NCBI RefSeq assembly: GCF_009914755.1
Contig: NC_060938.1
DNA: 64,000 nt
DNA from: the human T2T-CHM13v2.0 reference genome, Homo sapiens
Strand: one strand, 5' to 3'
Shown here: positions 57,701-64,000 of the stretch, piece by piece
How positions within the stretch are numbered: position 1 is the first letter of the stretch
Layout of the letters: each line of letters begins with the position of its first letter
Program-made: the position numbers and the translations under genes
Notes under the pieces: generated by a model
What the model saw: only the letters and a program-made list of their open reading frames with translations
Told to the model about the DNA's origin: nothing
The model's database searches: none

Positions 57701-60700
57701 TAAATGAGTTCCAGTCTATTCCATTCCATTCCATTCCATTCCATTCCATTCCGCTCGTGTTCATTCAATTCCATTCTATTCCATTCCATTCCATTCCATT
57801 CCATTCCATTCCATTCGGGTTGATTCAATTCCATTCTATACCATTCCATTCCATTCCATTCCATTCCATTGCGTTCAATTCCGCTCGAGTTGATTCAATT
57901 CCATTCTATTCCATTCCATTCCATTCCATTCTACTCTGGTGGGTTCCATTACTTTCCTTTCCATTCGATTCCATTCCATTCCATTCTATTCCATTCCATT
58001 CCATTCCATTCTACTCTGGTGGGTTCCATTACATTCCTTTGCATTCGATTCCATTCGATTCCATTCCATTCCATTCCTTTCCATTCCATTCCATTCCATT
58101 CCATTCCATTCCATTTCACTGAATTCCCTTCCTTTCCATTCCATTCCATTTAATTCCACTCGGGATGATTCATTTCCATTCCATTCCATTCCATTCCATT
58201 CCTTTGCATTCCATTCCATTCCATTCCATTCCATTCCATTCCACTGAATTCCCATCCTTTCCATTCCATTCCATTTAATTCCACTCGGGATGATTAATTT
58301 CCATTCCATTCCATTCCATTCCATTCCTTTCCATTCAATTCCATTGCGTTACATTCAGCTCGCGTTGATTCAATTCCATTCTATTCCATTCCATTCCATT
58401 CCATTCTACTCGGGTAGATTCCATTACTTTCATTTCCATTCGATTCCATTCCATTCCATTCCACTCCATTCCCTTCCTTTCGTTCCATTCCAATTCTATT
58501 CCATTACATTCAATAACATTCCTTTCCATTCCATTCCATTCAATTCCATTCCATTCCATTCCATTCCATACCATTCCATCCCATTCCACTCGGTGTTGAT
58601 TCAAATCCATGCTATTCCATCCCATTCCATTACATTACATTCCACTCGAGTTGATTCAATTCCATTCTATTCCCTTCCATTCCATTCCACTCCATTCCCT
58701 TCCATTCCATTCCACTCAGGTTAATTTAATTCAATTCTATTCCGTTCCATTCCATTCCATTCCTTTACACTCGGGTTGATTCAATTCCACTCCCTTGTAT
58801 TTCACTACGTTCCATTCCATTCCATTCAATTCCATGGATTCCATTCGTGTTGATTCCATTCCATTACATTCCATTACATTCCTTTCCTTTCCATTCCCTT
58901 CCATTCCATTCCACTGCACTCCATTCCATTCCATTCCGTTACATTCCATTCCCTTCCAATCCACAAGGGAGTTGATTTAATTCCATTCTATTCCATTCTA
59001 TTCCATTGTATTCCATTCCATTCCATTCCATTCCATTCCATTCCATTCCATTCCATTCCATTCCATTCCGTTCTATTCCACTGAATTCCCTTCCTTTCCA
59101 TTCCATTCCATTTAATTCCACTCGGGATGATTCATTTCCATTGAATTCCATTCCATTCCATTCCTTTCCCCTCGGGTTGATTCAATTCCATTCTACTCCA
59201 TTCCATTCCATTCCATTCGGGTTGCTTCAATTCCGTTCTATGCCATTCCATTCCATTCCATTCCATTCCTTTCCATTCAATTCCATTGCGTTCCATTCAG
59301 CTCGGGTTCATACAATTCCATTCTATTCCATTCCATTCCATTCCATTCTACTGGGGTGGATTCCATTACTTTCATTTCCATTCGATTCCATTCCATTCCA
59401 TTCCACTCCATTCCCTTCCTTTCGTTCCATTCCAATGAAACCCACTCGGGTTGATTCCATTCCATTCCATCCCATTCCATTGCACTCCATTCCATTCCAT
59501 TCCTTTCCACTCGGGTTGATTCAATTCCATTCTATTCCATTCCATCGCATTCCATTACAATCGATTCCATTCCACACGGGTTGATTCAATTCTGTTCTAT
59601 TCCATTGCATTCCATTTACCTCCATTGCATTCCATTCCATTCCATTCCATTCCATTCCACTAGGGTGATTCCATTCATTTCTATTCCATTCCATTCCATT
59701 CCATTCAATTCCACTCCAGTTGACTCAATTCCATTATATTGAATTCCATTCCATTCCATTCCATTCCATTCAATTCCTCTCGGGTTGAGTCGTTTCCATT
59801 CTGTTCCATTCCCTTCCATTCCTTTCCATTCCATTCCATTCAATTCCTCTCGGGTTGAGTCGATTCCATTCTGTTCCATTCCATTCCATTCCGATCCACT
59901 CGGGTGGATTAAATACCATTATATTCCATTCCATTCCATTCCATTCCATTCCATTCCATTCCATACCATTCCATTCCATTAAACTCGGTTTAAATGAATT
60001 CCAGTCTATTCCATTCCAATCAATTCCATTCCATTCCATTCCACTCGGGTTAGTTGCATTTCATTCCGTTCCATTCCATTCCATTCCATTATATTCCATT
60101 CCACTCGGGTTGATTCAATTCCATTCTATTCCATTCCATTCAATTCCATTCCATTCCATTCCATTCCATACCATTCCATCCCATTCCACTCAGTGTTGAT
60201 TCAAATCCATGCTATTCCATCCCATTCCATTACTTTACATTCCACTCGAGTTGATTCAATTCCATTCTATTCCCTTCCATTCCATTCCACTCCATTCCCT
60301 TCCATTCCATTCCACTCAGGTTAATTTAATTCAATTCTATTCCGTTCCATTCCATTCCATTCCTTTACTCTCGTGTTGATTCAATTCCACTCCCTTGTAT
60401 TTCACTACGTTCCATTCCATTCCATTCAATTCCATTGATTCCATTCGTGTTGATTCCATTCCATTACATTCCATTACATTCCTTTCCTTTCCATTCCCTT
60501 CCATTTCATTCCACTGCAATCCATTCCATTCCATTCCATTAAATTCCATTCCCTTTTATTCCACAAGGGAGTTGATTTAATTCCATTCTATTCTATTCTA
60601 TTCCATTGTATTCCATTCCATTCCATTCCATTCCGTTCTATTCCACTCCATTCCATTCCTTTCCATTCCATTCCAATCCATTCCATATCACGTGGGTTGA

Positions 60701-63700
60701 TTCAATTCCATTCTATTCCATTGCATTCCATTCCATTCCATTCCATTTCATTCCCTTCAATTCCACTCGGGTTGATTCAATTCCGTTCTATTCTACTCCA
60801 TTCCATTCCTTTCAATTCCATTCCACTTGGGTTGATACAATTCCTTTCTATTCCACTCCATTCCATTAAATTCGATTCCATTCCATTCGATTCCCCTCCA
60901 TTCCATTCCATTCCACAGGGGTTGATTCAATTCCTATCTGTTCCATTCCAGTCCTTTCCATTCAATTCCATTCCATTCCATTCGATTCCACTCCATTCAT
61001 TTCCTTTCCATTCCATTCCATTCCATTCCATCCCATCCCATTCTCTTCCACTCGGGGTTGATTCAAATCCATACTATTCCATTCCATTCTTTTCCATTCC
61101 ATTCCATTCTACTCGGGTATATTCAATTGCATTCTGTTGTATTCCATTCCATTCCACTCCATTCCACTCATGTTAATGCAATTCATTTCTATTCCATTCC
61201 ATTCCATTCCACTCCATTCCATTCGGTTTGATTCCATTCCATTCTATTCAATTACATTCCTTTCCGTTCCATACCATTCCATTCCATTGCATTCCACTTG
61301 GGTTTATTCAGTTGCATTCTATTCCATTCCATTTCATTCCATTCTATTCCATTCCATTCCATTCCACTCGGGTTGATTCCATTCAATTCCATTCCATTCC
61401 ATTCCATTCCAATCGAGCAGTTTCAATTCCATTCTATACCACTCCATTCCATTTCATTCAATTCCATTCCATTCCATTCTATTCCACTCTGGGTGACTCA
61501 ATTCCATTATATTCTATTCCATTCCATTCAATTCCATTCCTCTCAGGTTGATTCGATTCCGTTGTTTTCCAATCCATTCCATTCCATTCCATTCCATTCC
61601 ATTCCACTCGGGTTGATTAAATACCATTATATTCCATTCGATTCCACTCCATTCCATTCCATTCCATTCCATTCCATTCCATTCCATTCCATTCCATTCC
61701 ATTTCATTCCATACCATTCCATTCCATTCCATACCATTCCATTCCATTCCACACGGTTTAAATGAATTCCAGTCTATTCCATTCCATTCCATGCCATTCC
61801 ATGCAACTCCATTCCATTCCACTCGGGTTGATTCAATTCCATTCTAATAGATTCCATTCCATTCCATTCCATTCCATTCGGGTTGATTCAATTCCATTCT
61901 ATACCATTCCATTCCATTCCATTCCGTTCCATTCCATTCCATTCCATTTCGTTGAATTCCGCTCGAGTTGATTCAATTCCATTGTATTCCATTCCATTCC
62001 ATTCCATTCTACTCTGGTGGGTTCCATTACTTTCCTTTCCATTCGATTCCATTCCATTCCATTCCATTCCATTCTATTCCATTCCATTCCATTCTACTCT
62101 GGTGGGTTCCATTACTTTCCTTTCCATTCGATTCCATTCCATTCGATTCCATTCCATTCCATTCCATTCCATTCCATTTGATTCCATACCGTTCCATTCC
62201 ATTCCATACCATTCCATTTCATTCCACTCGGTTTAAATGAATTCCAGTCTATTCCATTCCATTCCATTCCATTCCATTCCATTCCATTCCGCTCGTGTTC
62301 ATTCAATTCCATTCTATTCCATTCCATTCCATTCCATTCCATTCCATTCCATTCCATTCCATTCGGGTTGATTCAATTCCATTCTATACCATTCCATTCC
62401 ATTCCATTCCATTCCATTTCGTTCAATTCCGCTCGAGTTGATTCAATTCCATTCTATTCCATTCCAATCCATTCCATTCTACTCTGGTTGGTTCCATTAC
62501 TTTCCTTTCCATTCGATTCCATTCCATTCCATTCTATTCCATTCCATTCCATTCCATTCTACTCTGGTGGGTTCCATTACATTCCTTTGCATTCGATTCC
62601 ATTCGATTCCATTCCATTCCATTCCTTTCCATTCCATTCCATTCCATTCCATTTCACTGAATTCCCTTCCTTTCCATTCCATTCCATTTAATTCCACTCG
62701 GGATGATTCATTTCCATTCCATTCCATTCCATTCCATTCCTTTGCATTCCATTCCATTCCATTCCATTCCATTCCATTCCATTCCATTCCACTGAATTCC
62801 CTTCCTTTCCATTCCATTCCATTTAATTCCACTCGGGATGATTCATTTCCATTCCATTCCATTCCATTCCATTCCTTTCCATTCAATTCCATTGCGTTAC
62901 ATTCAGCTCGGGTTGATTCAATTCCATTCTATTCCATTCCATTCCATTCCATTCTACTCGGGTAGATTCCATTACTTTCATTTCCATTCGATTCCATTCC
63001 ATTCCATTCCACTCCATTCCCTTCCTTTCGTTCCATTCCAATTCTATTCCATTACATTCAATAACATTCCATTCCATTCCATTCCATTCAATTCCATTCC
63101 ATTCCATTCCATTCTATACCATTCCATCCCATTCCACTCGGTGTTGATTCAAATCCATGCTATTCCATCCCATTCCATTACATTACATTCCACTCGAGTT
63201 GATTCAATTCCATTCTATTCCCTTCCATTCCATTCCACTCCATTCCCTTCCATTCCATTCCACTCAGGTTAATTTAATTCAATTCTATTCCGTTCCATTC
63301 CATTCCATTCCTTTACACTCGGGTTGATTCAATTCCACTCCCTTGTATTTTACTACGTTCCATTCCATTCCATTCAATTCCATGGATTCCATTTGTGTTG
63401 ATTCCATTCCATTACATTCCATTACATTCCTTTCCTTTCCATTCCCTTCCATTCCATTCCACTGCACTCCATTCCATTCCATTCCGTTACATTCCATTCC
63501 CTTCCAATCCACAAGGGAGTTGATTTAATTCCATTCTATTCCATTCTATTCCATTGTATTCCATTCCATTCCATTCCATTCCATTCCATTCCATTCCATT
63601 CCATTCCATTCCATTCCGTTTTATTCCACTGAATTCCCTTCCTTTCCATTCCATTCCATTTAATTCCACTCGGGATGATTCATTTCCATTGAATTCCATT

Positions 63701-64000
63701 CCATTCCATTCCTTTCCCCTCGGGTTGATTCAATTCCATTCTACTCCATTCCATTCCATTCCATTCGGGTTGCTTCAATTCCATTCTATGCCATTCCATT
63801 CCATTCCATTCCATTCCTTTCCATTCAATTCCATTGCGTTCCATTCAGCTCGGGTTCATACAATTCCATTCTATTCCATTCCATTCCATTCCATTCTACT
63901 CGGGTGGATTCCATTACTTTCATTTCCATTCGATTCCATTCCATTCCATTCCACTCCATTCCCTTCCTTTCGTTCCATTCCAATGAAACCCACTCGGGTT
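51739..64000 (+). repeat. Two-part higher-order repeat (long 2.55-3.0 kb subunit plus short ~1.6 kb subunit; period ~4.55-4.67 kb), about 2.7 copies
   Basis: Landmark spacings alternate 2553/1641/3028/1600/2948. Every-second-landmark offsets are 4669, 4628, 4548. Private variants: CCATGCAACTCC (~53012, ~57206, ~61799), CCGTTACATTCC (~54267, ~58936, ~63484), CCCTTTTATTCCACAAG (~55923, ~60551). Confidence 0.88.

Larger units (their letters stand above)
1072..63528 (+). repeat. Irregular higher-order repeat units marked by landmark CCACAAGGGAGTTGATTTAA (17 copies)
   Basis: Landmark starts at 1072, 6545, 11181 (CCACATGGG variant), 15613, 20153, 21544, 26116, 31511, 36217, 40928, 46744, 51739, 54292, 55933, 58961, 60561, 63509. 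Spacings are 5473, 4636, 4432, 4540, 1391, 4572, 5395, 4706, 4711, 5816, 4995, 2553, 1641, 3028, 1600, 2948. Cross-checked against the recurring '...STRELI' ORFs in the track, which end 19 nt after the landmark start. Confidence 0.92.
1..64000 (+). repeat. Satellite III (HSat3-type) pericentromeric array, (CATTC)n with interspersed ACTCGGGTTG decamer; C/T-rich strand is +; extends beyond both window edges
   Basis: CATTC pentamer dominates every line. The (A/T)CTCGGGTTGATT motif recurs throughout (e.g. 49-60, 614-625, 63993-64000), the classic Satellite III signature. CATTCGATTC (typical of HSat2) is only occasional. G is almost confined to the decamer and its variants. Confidence 0.98.

Noticed and set aside
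1-64000. Hundreds of ORFs up to 383 aa (HSIPF / MEWNG repeat peptides), e.g. 47741..48892 and 6590..7630
   Set aside because: (CATTC)n has no stop codon in any frame on either strand, so long overlapping ORFs are expected in all frames. There is no domain or compositional complexity, and many starts are non-ATG.
1-64000. CRISPR-like pattern of a recurring motif (ACTCGGGTTGATTCAATT) with intervening sequence
   Set aside because: The intervening sequence is itself pentamer repeat of variable length rather than unique spacers. There is no leader and no cas gene, and the sequence is a eukaryotic satellite.
1-64000. Canonical heat-shock elements (Satellite III is a known HSF1 target)
   Set aside because: GAA units are direct repeats on the minus strand. 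I saw no inverted nGAAnnTTCnnGAAn arrays, and GAATTC sites have the wrong spacing. HSF1-driven transcription cannot be inferred from this sequence.
1-64000. Assignment to HSat2, DYZ1 or a specific chromosome, subfamily or species
   Set aside because: CATTCGATTC is sparse (against HSat2) and there is no regular ~3.6 kb or ~1.8 kb period. A positive assignment needs alignment to T2T human and ape assemblies, which I cannot run.
1-64000. Inversion, or Alu / L1 / alpha-satellite insertion
   Set aside because: I saw no GGAAT-oriented run on the + strand and no non-satellite stretch; every segment resolves to pentamer or decamer variants.

Overview
The whole 64 kb window is one uninterrupted, single-orientation array of primate pericentromeric Satellite III (HSat3-type). 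It is built from (CATTC)n / (GGAAT)n pentamers punctuated by the diagnostic decamer ACTCGGGTTG (reverse complement CAACCCGAGT). I see no genes, RNA genes, transposon insertions, CRISPR arrays or inversions. All ORFs in the track are translation artefacts of the pentamer (HSIPF / MEWNG repeats). I found no new gene-encoded system. What the window does contain is a readable repeat architecture. There are 17 copies of a landmark (CCACAAGGGAGTTGATTTAA) spaced 1.4-5.8 kb apart, built from five recurring modules that are duplicated or skipped in each unit. Nested duplications range from 8 bp to about 5.5 kb, with long-range paralogies at about 25 kb and 45 kb, and a distinct two-part ~4.6 kb higher-order repeat occupies the last ~12 kb. 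Possible transcription-factor motif content (TEAD, DUX4-like, one E-box per unit) is offered as hypothesis. Species, chromosome and subfamily cannot be fixed without alignment. All coordinates and spacings were read by eye and boundaries are approximate.
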